This document shows, in pieces, positions 24,218 to 35,248 of a stretch of DNA of 64,000 nt. Each line of letters opens with the position of its first letter. The stretch's first letter is position 1. Source of the DNA: a virus; the IMG/VR virus record IMGVR_UViG_3300028299_000003, positions 1 through 64,000 of that record; one strand, given 5' to 3'. The translations under genes were made by a program, and so were the position numbers. The notes under the pieces were generated by a model that saw nothing but the letters and a program-made list of their open reading frames with translations, was not told the DNA's origin and ran no database searches.

Positions 24218-24598
24218 TTAGTTTTTATTATACCATTTCATATCAAAAATTTTATTATTTGTTTTAATAGATAATTTGGAATCAAATGATGGAATACATT
24301 TTGATAAATATTTCATTATAAATACTTTAATTTTTTCATACTCATTACTATTTTTTTTAACATCAAAACGATCAACTTCTTTTAACATCGTCATCAATAT
24401 TTTCTTTTCAATATCCAAATCAAAATATTTTTCATAATCCTCAATTTTTTGTTCAATATTATCATAACCAATATCATCTATCAATTGATTTACACCATGT
24501 TTAAATAACGTTCTTATCTTCCATTGTGGATATGAAGAAATTATATATTCTTTTATTTCATTAACATTCATTTGGAACATTTTTATAAAAATAATCAT
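24218..24598 (-). CDS. Hypothetical protein
   Basis: IKEYII..YP motif shared with 23920. Confidence 0.55.
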   Translation of the reverse strand: MIIFIKMFQMNVNEIKEYIISSYPQWKIRTLFKHGVNQLIDDIGYDNIEQKIEDYEKYFDLDIEKKILMTMLKEVDRFDVKKNSNEYEKIKVFIMKYLSKCIPSFDSKLSIKTNNKIFDMKWYNKN

Positions 24599-24669
24599 TT
24601 TTTTTTAAAATAAAAAATATTTCAAGGGTGTATCAATTTTTATATATAGGATAAAATAAACCCACGGAA

Positions 24670-26253
24670 ATGAGCATTTTAAAACTAAATACATATAATT
24701 TCAATGAATTAGATTGGCCAAGAGATGGTAGGTTTCTACTTGGTTTTAGTGGAACAACAATAGCTGATACAGAATTAGCTTATATGGACCCAAATGGTAA
24801 GGTAACTATAGTAAGAGGTGCTGGTGGTGGATCAAGTACTTCAGGTACATCAGGAACTTCAGGAACTTCAGGTACAGATGGAACCTCAGGAACCTCAGGC
24901 ACAGATGGAACATCAGGCACTTCAGGCACAGATGGAACATCAGGAACAGATGGTGCTGATGGGAGTGGTAGTTCAGGAACTTCAGGCACAGATGGTACTG
25001 ATGGTAGTGGTAGTTCAGGAACTTCAGGCACAGATGGAGTTGATGGAAATGGTAGTTCAGGAACAGATGGAACATCAGGCACTTCAGGCACAGATGGCAC
25101 TTCAGGTAGATGGGGAACTTTAATTTTAAATGGTGACGGTTATGGAACAACAGATTGGATAAATCCAACTAATGGACTTGCTGATCAATGGTCAATTGGT
25201 GGTGGATGGATTAGATCTATATGGAATAATGTTAGTGGATTTACAGATAATGCTCAGTTTTTTACACCAGATGGTGATTGGAGTGGAAATGGTATTGAAG
25301 AGGCGTCTTATATATTAGAGACTGGTCAACAATATACATTTTCTATGAAATATAGTAGTAACAGAGAAATACACGTTTTTGATAGTAATATAGTTAATAG
25401 CTATTTTAAATTCCCATCAAATGATGGACCAGCGGTATTTGTCTCTGGATTAACAACCGCGTTAGCGGATGATTATTTGTCTTTTGGATGGTCTGGTGAT
25501 ACAAGTATTCAGTTTGGTGATTGGTGGGTGATAGATGAGGTTAATTTGTATATTGGTGATATAGGATTACCTAGTGATGGTAGTTCAGGAACATCTGGTA
25601 CTGATGGTGTTGGTGGAGCTGATGGGTGGGTATATTATGGTATAGGATACACTGGATCAACATCTGGATTTACATTAACACACACAACCGATACAACAAC
25701 AATGAAAATCGGTAGACCAATAAGATACTTTATACCAAATGAAATGACATATTATGGTATTATTGTTTCAAGAGTTGATGGTGGAACCTATGATAATTTT
25801 GGGATTGAGGGAGCCCCCCTACCAACTGGTACATCTATGAATGTTTATTATGGTCCGATGAGTTATGTTGACAATAAATATTTTCTAATAAATGGTGATT
25901 ACGCGGATTCTGATGATACTACGTTATTAACCAATGATTTATTGATGCCTAATGGATATTACTGGAATCAAGGAACCGCGTATTTGGTTAGACAACGATG
26001 TGTCGCGTCTAGTATAGGTAGTGGTTCAGCTCCGAGTATATCACCAACTATACGTGGAAATGAGGTATTACAGACAAAGGATGACATATCGGTTAGTTTA
26101 GTAACATCTGGTGTTGATATAAATCCATCAAATTATAAATTAACAGATCAAGATAATATTGATTTTTCAATTAGAACAGCTGGTGTATCTGGAACCCCAA
26201 GAGACTTGGCATTATATATAACAACAATCTTGGGTGATAATCATACTTTATAA
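24670..26253 (+). CDS. Virion fibre protein with collagen-like G-T-S/D repeats
   Basis: About 30 GTS/GTD/GSS triplets followed by beta-rich domains. Confidence 0.75.
   Translation: MSILKLNTYNFNELDWPRDGRFLLGFSGTTIADTELAYMDPNGKVTIVRGAGGGSSTSGTSGTSGTSGTDGTSGTSGTDGTSGTSGTDGTSGTDGADGSGSSGTSGTDGTDGSGSSGTSGTDGVDGNGSSGTDGTSGTSGTDGTSGRWGTLILNGDGYGTTDWINPTNGLADQWSIGGGWIRSIWNNVSGFTDNAQFFTPDGDWSGNGIEEASYILETGQQYTFSMKYSSNREIHVFDSNIVNSYFKFPSNDGPAVFVSGLTTALADDYLSFGWSGDTSIQFGDWWVIDEVNLYIGDIGLPSDGSSGTSGTDGVGGADGWVYYGIGYTGSTSGFTLTHTTDTTTMKIGRPIRYFIPNEMTYYGIIVSRVDGGTYDNFGIEGAPLPTGTSMNVYYGPMSYVDNKYFLINGDYADSDDTTLLTNDLLMPNGYYWNQGTAYLVRQRCVASSIGSGSAPSISPTIRGNEVLQTKDDISVSLVTSGVDINPSNYKLTDQDNIDFSIRTAGVSGTPRDLALYITTILGDNHTL
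24838..25107 (+). repeat. 9-nt-unit tandem repeat encoding Gly-X-Y triplets
   Basis: ggaacatca / ggcacagat type units. Confidence 0.85.
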
Positions 26254-26268
26254 AAAATAAATTAAATA

Positions 26269-27039
26269 ATGTCATTAAGAAACGGTTTTGGTAATGATTC
26301 TCATACAGTTCTTTTAACAAGTGCGAGTGAACAAAAATTAAGTGAATCACCTTATATTATTGATTCCTCATATAGTTATCCAGGTGGTGGTCATCACTGT
26401 TATGTTAGTGGTATAACAACAGGTGATGGTAGTATACATGGAGTTTTTGAAAGACGTGATGGAGTAAATAGAACATGGATTACAACTGGAACAACAGCGG
26501 AAGAAAACTGGGTATATCTTGATTGTAGAGATAATCTAGATGATTTTAGTTTCGGTGATGGTGATTTCTGTATAGATTTTTGGATAAAATTAACAGCGGT
26601 TCCAGTTGCTTCACCAACTATTATATATGGTTCAAATGGAGTATTTATAAATGATAATAATTTTTATGCTTTTGGGTACACTAATGAACAAGGTGGGTTT
26701 CAATCTGGTTTCACATTTATGGTAAGAGAATCTGGGAGTTATAATTTGATATTGACACACTCAACAGGTATGACAAATAATAATTGGTATCATATCGCGT
26801 TGTCTCGTCACAATGGATATATTAGAATGTTTTGGAATGGTGATTATGTAACTGGGACTACATATAATAATACGATGCCTAATTTTAATCATTCATATTT
26901 TATAGGTGTTATGAATGCTTTATGGGATGATCCAGGACTTGTTAAATCCAAATTAAGTGCGTATTATGATGAATTTAGAATATCAAAAGGGCACCCTAGA
27001 TGGACTAGTAGTTTTACTCTACCAAATAGAGAATATTAA
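26269..27039 (+). CDS. LamG/concanavalin-A-like virion protein
   Basis: GDFCIDFWIK, NNWYHIALSR and YDEFRISKG..RWTSSFT.P motifs. Confidence 0.8.
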   Translation: MSLRNGFGNDSHTVLLTSASEQKLSESPYIIDSSYSYPGGGHHCYVSGITTGDGSIHGVFERRDGVNRTWITTGTTAEENWVYLDCRDNLDDFSFGDGDFCIDFWIKLTAVPVASPTIIYGSNGVFINDNNFYAFGYTNEQGGFQSGFTFMVRESGSYNLILTHSTGMTNNNWYHIALSRHNGYIRMFWNGDYVTGTTYNNTMPNFNHSYFIGVMNALWDDPGLVKSKLSAYYDEFRISKGHPRWTSSFTLPNREY

Positions 27040-27053
27040 AAATAAAATAGATA

Positions 27054-30000
27054 ATGGATAAATCAGAAAAATTGTTGTTTTTTAATAAAGAGGGATATTT
27101 ATATAATTTTCAATATGATAATATAGATCAAAAATGGGAAGGAAAGATTTTATTTGATGAAAATAGTGATGAATTATTTAAAACTCAAGGATTATACATT
27201 TTTGAATCAGTTGATCCAATAAATTTCACTGGAATTTTTGATATGGAACCGTCTCAATTATTCAATTGGAGTGGAATGACATTTGTTTCAGATAGAGCTA
27301 AAAATGAGATAATAACAAACATAGAAAAGGTAAATAATTCATCTAGTTTTTATTCAAAATGGATATATGGTCACGACTTTGAAATAAAATTCAGACCTGG
27401 TACTGTTGTATCATTTAGTGGTGAAACATTCACAGGAACAGGATGGTCAGATTTTACAAATAGTGCACAAACATATTTTTCTATATTATCAACAAAGAAA
27501 GACGCTGTTTTGATTTCAACAATAACTAATAATCAGAGTTTTACAGGATTTCAATTCCAAACTGGTGCTACATTAACTAGTCATAATATAATAAAAGTTC
27601 CAGATTATGGAAATGAATATTTGGTAGATTTAAATAACTTGAATTATTATGAAGGTAAAAAACTAAATATTGTTGATTCATATTATAATGATGGTATTTA
27701 TACATATAGAGATTATAATATATTAAAAGATAAGGTATATGATTTTGATTTATCAACACAAACGGGTGGGACATTAAGGTTAGAATTGACATTATATACA
27801 GAAAGACCTAGATTGTATACTGGGCCTGTTGAAATTATAATAACGGACAATTCATTAAATGGAACTAGTATTATTTTTGAAAATGATATAAATAATGATA
27901 TTCAATTTTTTAATACTGGTCAAACAATGATATTTGAAACATATGATGGTGGTGGAATTTTACCAACCAATCCAATATTTACAATATCTGGATATAGAGA
28001 TAAAGACTTATTGGTCGACCATGATATTTACTTTAGAACTGTCGCTGGTAGAAATTATATATTAATAGATGGTATAGATTTAACTGGAGTTACGAATATT
28101 GATCAATTATATTTAGAAGCTAATCCAGTGATATCTGGTGTTACTTTTCATAGTGGGAGGACATTTGATGTCATATGTGTTGAAAATGACGCGAAATTGA
28201 TTGTAAATTCAAGTGGACCTAGTGGATCAAAAATTGAGGTTGAACAATATGTTATCACAGAAGGACCAACTAGATACAATATTTATAAAAAATATAAGAG
28301 ATCACAGATTCAAACTCTTTACGCTCAACAAACCACGTATTTATCATTAACTGGTTATACTGGAATGACTAATTGTTTTACAACAACAAATGTTGTAAGT
28401 TTATCACAGACTATAATAAATTCTGGTGGTACAGATAATTATTATGAAAATACAATAGACTCGTTTAACATAAAATATGGTAGTTATTTGGAATCACTTG
28501 GTGTTGAAATGTATCTTTATACATATTCTGGTACTAATTATCTTATGGTTGATGGATTATATGAATATAACTATAAACCTTATTTTGCGGTTAATGTATA
28601 TTTAAATGGTACACCCTTATCAATTGGTAATAATTTTACTTTTACAACTGGATTTACACATTCTGATGTTTATTATTTTGAAGTTGATGAAAATTTAACA
28701 AGAGAAAAAATAAGTTTGTATGATACAAATAGGTTATCAAAAAACTTTACTTGCGTTATCGCGTTTGATTTAAGTAATGATTTATTGGATTATGGATTCA
28801 CTATTAATCTGAACACGACTGATTATTTTATAAATTATTCATCATCTAGCGGGACAACATCATGTACACATGAGACGATAAATGATTTTATTGAAAAATA
28901 TGATGATATTTTCTCAAAGATTGGTTTTGATTTAAGTAGTGGATACACATCAAGTGGATATACATTGGATATACTTGGTAGATATCCTAATATGGATATT
29001 ATAAATTTGGATGTTGATGTAAATTTATTTTCAACATATACAAAACACACTACACACAATAAAGGAATTGTAATATCTAGTAATGTATTAAGATCTGTTT
29101 ACCTAGATTTATACGATCTTGAACTCGCGACTGGGATGATTATGTCTGTCAGTAATAGTCAATATGCGATGAATAATCGTGATTATAATATAATAGCTGT
29201 TTTAAATGATATGATTCAACTATCATATCAAGGACCATTCTTCTATGATTATGCTGCAAAATTAGATATATCAACAAGAGATTTTATAAGAAAACCAAGA
29301 AGTTATTACGATAGAATTGTGGATTATAAATTTTCTTGGGCTGAACAACCATTTGGTGAGATTACAAAAGATATATTCTTTTATGATTTTAGTGGTAATC
29401 AGTTAGTATCATATAATAATATCACTAGTTTAACATATACTGGTGTAGAACCATTATATAGTGAGACTAATGATAAGAAAGTATTTTTAAATAGATACGC
29501 GAATAAATTTGAATCTGAAGTTACCAACCCAACAAATCAACAAACAGTTTTTGATTCTATAATACACAGGTTAGAAATGTTAAATGATAGTTCATCTTAT
29601 GATTATACCCCATCACCACTAGAAGTATTTTTTGGATTTAATTCATCAGATGAAGGGGTTTCTGTAAATGAAATGAAATTGGAGAAAGTAGAATATGTTA
29701 CAATAACAGGAACAACTCATAATAGTGGTGTTACAACATATGATAGTCATTTCATAGTATCTGGTGATACAATACAATATATAACTACTGATTATTTGTT
29801 TGATTTCAATAGTTATGGATTAGAAACAGATCAATTGATATCATTAGATTTTATTGAAAATAATACAACAACAGGTCAAACTATTTTTAATAATTATAAA
29901 AATTATAGAATAAAAGATTTAACCCAAACGAAGATATTTATTGATACAGATTATTCGGATAGATTAAATTATTTTAATACTAGATATAACCTCACATATA

Positions 30001-31127
30001 GTGGAAAAACATATGATTATGTAATAAATGTTGAACCTAAAGAATTATTAAGATGTACATTATATGGACAAACAGAAATAGAAGATGAAAGATTTGATAT
30101 AATGTTGAGAAATCTTGGTATAGATATTTATAAAGAAGCTGAATTCATATTTAAAGATTCTGATATACAAGAACAATCTGTGGATTACATTAGATTAAAT
30201 AGAAAAAGAAAAGAGATGTTATCAATATATCCACAAATATTTGATTATGTTGGATCATATAAAGCGTTGATACACGCGATAGATTATTTTGGATATAATG
30301 ATTTAGAATTATATGAATATTATAGAAATTTAAAAGAAGATTCTCCTCTATATGGAAAATTACACAAAATAATAATACCAGATATTTTTGATAATACTGT
30401 TGATGGGTGGAATTCTGTAGATTTCATAAGTAAGAAGTATGATAAGAGATATTATAAAAAGACAAATTTATTCAATTTAACTTACAGAATAACAGACATA
30501 TATGGTAATTATACTTTACAATATTCATTGGAAGAAGTACAAACAAAATTGATGGCGTTAGTTAGTTGGTTAAGGAGAAATGTTATTCCATTATCATCAA
30601 ACATAAGGGATATAACTGGTGTCGCGGACGCGTTTCATGAACTAACATACCGTTATGATTCTTCTAATTATGTCAAAAAATATGTTTTAGATCAAGAGGT
30701 GGTTGGTGTTAATTTCAATTATACCACAACTATGATAGATAATTATAATTATTTATTTTCTATAAATTTCTATGTTTTATCTGGTCAGACTGCTCCTGAA
30801 TTTTTCTCTGGTAGAATAAAAACATATAGTATAGATTTAGAAACAAATGAGTTATTACCTCAACAAAATTTTGAAATATTTAAAACTAATTATGAACCAT
30901 ATTCATTTAATATAAATTTTGATGTTGATCCATTTATATCAATAGAAATAACAACATTTAATGGGTATGGTGTTGGGTATATGAATTCAAAAATGTTCAA
31001 ATTTAATGAAGGAAAAAACTTCCATTTAGTTAATAGTAATTTTAATACCACTAACTTTTCGTATTTAAATACAAGTGATGGTTACTATATAATAGATGAT
31101 GGTCGTTATTATGTAATAAAATATTAA
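27054..31127 (+). CDS. Large virion structural protein (baseplate/tail-associated)
   Basis: 1357 aa beta-rich; VGSYKALIHAIDYFGY motif; follows fibre genes. Confidence 0.6.
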   Translation: MDKSEKLLFFNKEGYLYNFQYDNIDQKWEGKILFDENSDELFKTQGLYIFESVDPINFTGIFDMEPSQLFNWSGMTFVSDRAKNEIITNIEKVNNSSSFYSKWIYGHDFEIKFRPGTVVSFSGETFTGTGWSDFTNSAQTYFSILSTKKDAVLISTITNNQSFTGFQFQTGATLTSHNIIKVPDYGNEYLVDLNNLNYYEGKKLNIVDSYYNDGIYTYRDYNILKDKVYDFDLSTQTGGTLRLELTLYTERPRLYTGPVEIIITDNSLNGTSIIFENDINNDIQFFNTGQTMIFETYDGGGILPTNPIFTISGYRDKDLLVDHDIYFRTVAGRNYILIDGIDLTGVTNIDQLYLEANPVISGVTFHSGRTFDVICVENDAKLIVNSSGPSGSKIEVEQYVITEGPTRYNIYKKYKRSQIQTLYAQQTTYLSLTGYTGMTNCFTTTNVVSLSQTIINSGGTDNYYENTIDSFNIKYGSYLESLGVEMYLYTYSGTNYLMVDGLYEYNYKPYFAVNVYLNGTPLSIGNNFTFTTGFTHSDVYYFEVDENLTREKISLYDTNRLSKNFTCVIAFDLSNDLLDYGFTINLNTTDYFINYSSSSGTTSCTHETINDFIEKYDDIFSKIGFDLSSGYTSSGYTLDILGRYPNMDIINLDVDVNLFSTYTKHTTHNKGIVISSNVLRSVYLDLYDLELATGMIMSVSNSQYAMNNRDYNIIAVLNDMIQLSYQGPFFYDYAAKLDISTRDFIRKPRSYYDRIVDYKFSWAEQPFGEITKDIFFYDFSGNQLVSYNNITSLTYTGVEPLYSETNDKKVFLNRYANKFESEVTNPTNQQTVFDSIIHRLEMLNDSSSYDYTPSPLEVFFGFNSSDEGVSVNEMKLEKVEYVTITGTTHNSGVTTYDSHFIVSGDTIQYITTDYLFDFNSYGLETDQLISLDFIENNTTTGQTIFNNYKNYRIKDLTQTKIFIDTDYSDRLNYFNTRYNLTYSGKTYDYVINVEPKELLRCTLYGQTEIEDERFDIMLRNLGIDIYKEAEFIFKDSDIQEQSVDYIRLNRKRKEMLSIYPQIFDYVGSYKALIHAIDYFGYNDLELYEYYRNLKEDSPLYGKLHKIIIPDIFDNTVDGWNSVDFISKKYDKRYYKKTNLFNLTYRITDIYGNYTLQYSLEEVQTKLMALVSWLRRNVIPLSSNIRDITGVADAFHELTYRYDSSNYVKKYVLDQEVVGVNFNYTTTMIDNYNYLFSINFYVLSGQTAPEFFSGRIKTYSIDLETNELLPQQNFEIFKTNYEPYSFNINFDVDPFISIEITTFNGYGVGYMNSKMFKFNEGKNFHLVNSNFNTTNFSYLNTSDGYYIIDDGRYYVIKY

Positions 31128-31132
31128 GAAAA

Positions 31133-31477
31133 ATGGAAAAAACAGAACAAGATATTCTATTAGAAGGGATAATAAAATATACCGAAAGCGGTAAATTAGT
31201 TTGGAAGGTCCTTCATCAAGGAGAATTTACAACAGATTATTCTTCTCATATAAAAATAACAAATTTAAAGTTTGTAAATTTAACTTTTTTTAATAACTTT
31301 AAAGATAAAACTATGTCAGTTATTAATGTGACAATATCAAAAGAATCTAATACTGTGATAGTTAAAGATAAGTCATCATTTAATAAAAAATATGCAACAA
31401 TATCAGTTGATAGTAACGCTAGATTATTTTTATTTGATGAATTATATAGAGAAATCAAGAAGAAATTAGAAAAATGA
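31133..31477 (+). CDS. Hypothetical protein (I..T..GKL.W family)
   Basis: IIKYTESGKLVW. Confidence 0.55.
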   Translation: MEKTEQDILLEGIIKYTESGKLVWKVLHQGEFTTDYSSHIKITNLKFVNLTFFNNFKDKTMSVINVTISKESNTVIVKDKSSFNKKYATISVDSNARLFLFDELYREIKKKLEK

Positions 31478-32364
31478 ACCTATCATCAGTATCCAGTATA
31501 ATAGTTCTGACCAAGAATAAAAATATGGTATGGACTTATCATAAACAAGAGAATGATAAATCGGTCTATAGATCAACATATATTCTTGGTACAACAACAT
31601 GTAAGTATGAGTATAGAATGGATAAATCAACTCTTATAGTAAGAGAGTTGAAATGGGGTAGATTAATAGCGGAAATAACAGTTACTGGAAACCAAAAAAA
31701 TGGTGATAGATTTGATGAATTATCATCAGCTATTATAGAATCCGTTATATATAATCAAGCGAAGAAAAGTAATGCAGAGAAACCCCGTGAATCATTTTTT
31801 CAAAGATTAGTAGATCCAAATAAGATATATTCCTCAGATGATAGAAAGAGAATTGAGGATATGATAGATAAACTAATAGAAGATACAGATGATGGTTCTA
31901 TGAAATGGGAAAAGACATCAACAAAATATAAAAACGCTGAGTTTTTTTATTCAGAAATTAGATTAAGTAAAATAAAAAAATTGGAATTTGAATTAGTTTC
32001 TACGAAAGAACCATCAGAAGATTCAAGTGAAAATTGTCTTTTAGTATATCTTAGACGATATAAACACATTCGTGATAGAATTTTCAGTATACCTCTTAAA
32101 GATTTTATTTATATTATAAAATTAATAAAATTAGTTAGATATAAATTAGGTGAAACGGATATAGATCCATATAAAGAAAGAAGAAGAAGTTTAATGGAAT
32201 ATTTAGAACATTTTGAGGGAACACTAATGGGTGGCATGAAAGACTATACCAAAGATAGAATAATAGATAGACTGTTTGTTATGAGAAAGAAAATAAAAGA
32301 CGCTAACACCAAAAAAGAATTTGATGAATTAGAAACCGAAATCGCGTATTTTTCACATATGTAA
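31474..32364 (+). CDS. Hypothetical protein with two copies of the same domain
   Basis: IIVLTKNKNMVW and LIEDTDDGSMKW. Confidence 0.55.
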   Translation: MNLSSVSSIIVLTKNKNMVWTYHKQENDKSVYRSTYILGTTTCKYEYRMDKSTLIVRELKWGRLIAEITVTGNQKNGDRFDELSSAIIESVIYNQAKKSNAEKPRESFFQRLVDPNKIYSSDDRKRIEDMIDKLIEDTDDGSMKWEKTSTKYKNAEFFYSEIRLSKIKKLEFELVSTKEPSEDSSENCLLVYLRRYKHIRDRIFSIPLKDFIYIIKLIKLVRYKLGETDIDPYKERRRSLMEYLEHFEGTLMGGMKDYTKDRIIDRLFVMRKKIKDANTKKEFDELETEIAYFSHM

Positions 32365-32412
32365 ATTATTTTAAAACAATCAAATTTTTAACTTATATAA
32401 CCTAAAAAAACA

Positions 32413-33033
32413 TTGTTTGAAGGTAGTACTATATTAATGGTTGTTTCACACCCAGATGATGAAATAATATTTGGATGGCCCATCCTACAAAATAAAAATA
32501 TTAATAAGAAGATACTTTTAATATCATCAGATATTTATAATGAAAAAGAATTTTTAAATAAAAATAGACTAATCCCAATAATTAAAATATGTGAAGAAAC
32601 AAATACTGAATTATTTTCTTTAAATTATGATAATAGTTTTTATAGGTTAGAAGGATGGCCTAAAACCCTATATAAACAACTAAATTATTTGATATCAAAA
32701 AAAATTAAAACAATAAAACATGACTATATTTTTACACACAATCCATATGGAGAATATGGTCATCCAGATCATAGATTTTGTTTTGAATCGGTTTTGTTAT
32801 ATTCCGAAAAACCAATAATATACACAGATATTTGGTCAGAAAATCCAGATAATTGGATTGGTGAAAGTATGTCTGATAAATATAAAAAATTATATTTTAA
32901 TGATTCATTAAGAATTGGTGAATATAATATTGATAGAGAATTTTACAAATATTGTATGCAACAATATGTTATTAACGGAACATGGACTTGGGGTTATGGT
33001 CCAATTGAAAAATGTAATTTATATATGATATGA
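32413..33033 (+). CDS. PIG-L/LmbE family deacetylase
   Basis: SHPDDE and THNPYGEYGHPDH motifs. Confidence 0.85.
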   Translation: MFEGSTILMVVSHPDDEIIFGWPILQNKNINKKILLISSDIYNEKEFLNKNRLIPIIKICEETNTELFSLNYDNSFYRLEGWPKTLYKQLNYLISKKIKTIKHDYIFTHNPYGEYGHPDHRFCFESVLLYSEKPIIYTDIWSENPDNWIGESMSDKYKKLYFNDSLRIGEYNIDREFYKYCMQQYVINGTWTWGYGPIEKCNLYMI

Positions 33034-34265
33034 AGATAATTCATTTAAGCCCAGGATTGATAGAAATACCACCAAAGGGTTGGGGGGCGATAGAAGAAGT
33101 TATATGGAATTATAAGTTAGAATTAGAGAAATTCGGACATACAGTAGAAATACATAATTATTTTGAATTTCTAAAACTGGTTGATAATGGGTATGAGTAT
33201 GATATTTTACACATTCATGTCTCTGATCAATGTCATGAACTTATTGAAAGAGGATTAAAATATTTTTTCAATATTCACGATATACATTTATATACAAATT
33301 GGAAGATTAGTAAACAATATTTAGATTGTTTGAGAGCGGTCAAACATTCTATATTATCATTTTCACCATCTATGTTTTTAATTGAAAGAATGGACCAGGT
33401 TAAAAATAAGATAATTTATGTACCACATGGAGTGAATAAAGATACATATAAATCAAATTTAAATAAAGATAATTCAGAAATTAAATTGTTATGTATCGCT
33501 AAGAATGGAACAGCGGTATGGAAAGGATATGATAATAAAGGATTTATACACTCGGTGGAAATAGCTAAAAAATTAAATCTACCATTAACTATAGTTGGTG
33601 ACAACACAGAATTTTTTAGTAAAAATGATTATGATTTTTCTTACGTTAATATTATTCAAAGAAATGTTTTTAAAGATGAACTTATAAATGAATTTTATGG
33701 AAAACACCATATACTATTACATATGTCAAAATTAGAAAGTGGTCAACCATGTTTAGTAATATTGGAGGCGTTATCATGTGAATTACCAGTTGTTTCAATG
33801 AGTATAGATAATTATGAAATTCCTGGTGTTGAATTTGTAAAAAATATTGATGATGGGGTAAAATCTGTTATTAAAATTATTGAAAATTATGATAAATATA
33901 AGGAAATGACAATTTTATCATCAGATAAGTACAGATGGAGAAATTCTGTTGGAATAATAAATATGCATTACAGTGAATCAATGAAAAAACATAATATAAT
34001 AAAATTCGTACCAGCTGATGATAGAGGAATACCAGAAAGTGTTTTTAATATTTATGTTCAGAATGATTTGTTAAAAGTAAAACTTCTTGAGTCTGATAAA
34101 TTTGAATATGATGTTTTATTTAAAGATTCTAATCAAAATGAACTTTATAGAAAATCACTAGTAAATAATACTTGGTGTGGCGTTTTTTTAAATAAAAATC
34201 ATTATTTTATATCAATAAAAAGAAAAGATTGGGTAGTTGATTATGTTGTAGAATATAAAATATGA
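33030..34265 (+). CDS. Glycosyltransferase family 4
   Basis: IPPKGWGAIE, PHGV and E....LVILEALSCELPVV motifs. Confidence 0.85.
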   Translation: MKIIHLSPGLIEIPPKGWGAIEEVIWNYKLELEKFGHTVEIHNYFEFLKLVDNGYEYDILHIHVSDQCHELIERGLKYFFNIHDIHLYTNWKISKQYLDCLRAVKHSILSFSPSMFLIERMDQVKNKIIYVPHGVNKDTYKSNLNKDNSEIKLLCIAKNGTAVWKGYDNKGFIHSVEIAKKLNLPLTIVGDNTEFFSKNDYDFSYVNIIQRNVFKDELINEFYGKHHILLHMSKLESGQPCLVILEALSCELPVVSMSIDNYEIPGVEFVKNIDDGVKSVIKIIENYDKYKEMTILSSDKYRWRNSVGIINMHYSESMKKHNIIKFVPADDRGIPESVFNIYVQNDLLKVKLLESDKFEYDVLFKDSNQNELYRKSLVNNTWCGVFLNKNHYFISIKRKDWVVDYVVEYKI

Positions 34266-34312
34266 TTTTTTTTTATTAGAAAGTTTTTTTATATTTATAA
34301 AAATAGATAGTT

Positions 34313-35005
34313 ATGGAAAGATATTATATAATAAGTAGTTTACACAGAATGAATTTTCTGAAAAAATATGGATTTAGACCATTTAAATTGGATTTAAACG
34401 AAAAGAATAATATATTCTTTATTGTAGATAAATTAGATGGTCAAAAAGATTCGTTGTTTATATTATCAGAAGGTGTTAGATCATATTTCACATTTTTTTC
34501 ATTAAATTATCTGAAAAATTCAGTATCAATTTTAATTGATCCCGTATTTTTCACTAAGAATGGTGGGTTAATAACACCACCATATGATATTTTATCCGCT
34601 GAGAAAAATACAAATAGAATGATTTTACTTAGTTCTAAAAAACCAATGACAGAAAAAACTGTTCCGTTACTCGAATTATGGGGTGAGAATTATAAAATAA
34701 TTGATACAGATAAAATAACAGATGAACAATTGGAGGCTGAGTTGGATAAATATTTATATGATTATAAAATAAAACCAAAAGAAGAAGTCAATGTTGAAAT
34801 AGATGAGAAAAAAAGGGATGAAGAGATTAAAGAATTTTTATCTGGATACAAAAAAACTAAAGATGATATTAGTTCGATATTAGGTGATAATCTACCAGAA
34901 TTTATTTTAGATAAAACTAAAGGAGATAATTATAAAAAGATTAGTTTTAAATATGCTGATTACAAAGTAAAGAAAAAAAATGATGATGGATTATTTTCTA
35001 TTTAA
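34313..35005 (+). CDS. Hypothetical protein
   Basis: 230-aa ORF. Confidence 0.55.
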   Translation: MERYYIISSLHRMNFLKKYGFRPFKLDLNEKNNIFFIVDKLDGQKDSLFILSEGVRSYFTFFSLNYLKNSVSILIDPVFFTKNGGLITPPYDILSAEKNTNRMILLSSKKPMTEKTVPLLELWGENYKIIDTDKITDEQLEAELDKYLYDYKIKPKEEVNVEIDEKKRDEEIKEFLSGYKKTKDDISSILGDNLPEFILDKTKGDNYKKISFKYADYKVKKKNDDGLFSI

Positions 35006-35248
35006 AAATCTTTCTATATTCTGACTAAGAACTGATTTTCCGTATATATCTTGTCTTTCATTATAACACCTAAATCCAATAGATTCGTTATAATATTTTA
35101 GAATTATATCATCTTTTAGTTTTAATCCAGATGATGATAATATATGATATAGGTATATTTCATCCATTTCTGTTATTCTTTTAATTGTATTATTAACAGT
35201 AGGATCTAAATTTTTTTCAACTAATTTATTTAATTTATCTTTTATCAT
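34991..35248 (-). CDS. Hypothetical protein
   Basis: Likely ATGA-coupled start (MIKDKL...). Confidence 0.5.
   Translation of the reverse strand: MIKDKLNKLVEKNLDPTVNNTIKRITEMDEIYLYHILSSSGLKLKDDIILKYYNESIGFRCYNERQDIYGKSVLSQNIERFLNRK

Noticed and set aside
24780-25168. PEVPDV-, LKCLMF- and QELQAQM-repeat ORFs; possible CRISPR-like repeat
   Set aside because: Other frames of the G-T-S coding repeat; no spacers. No CRISPR array was seen anywhere in the window.
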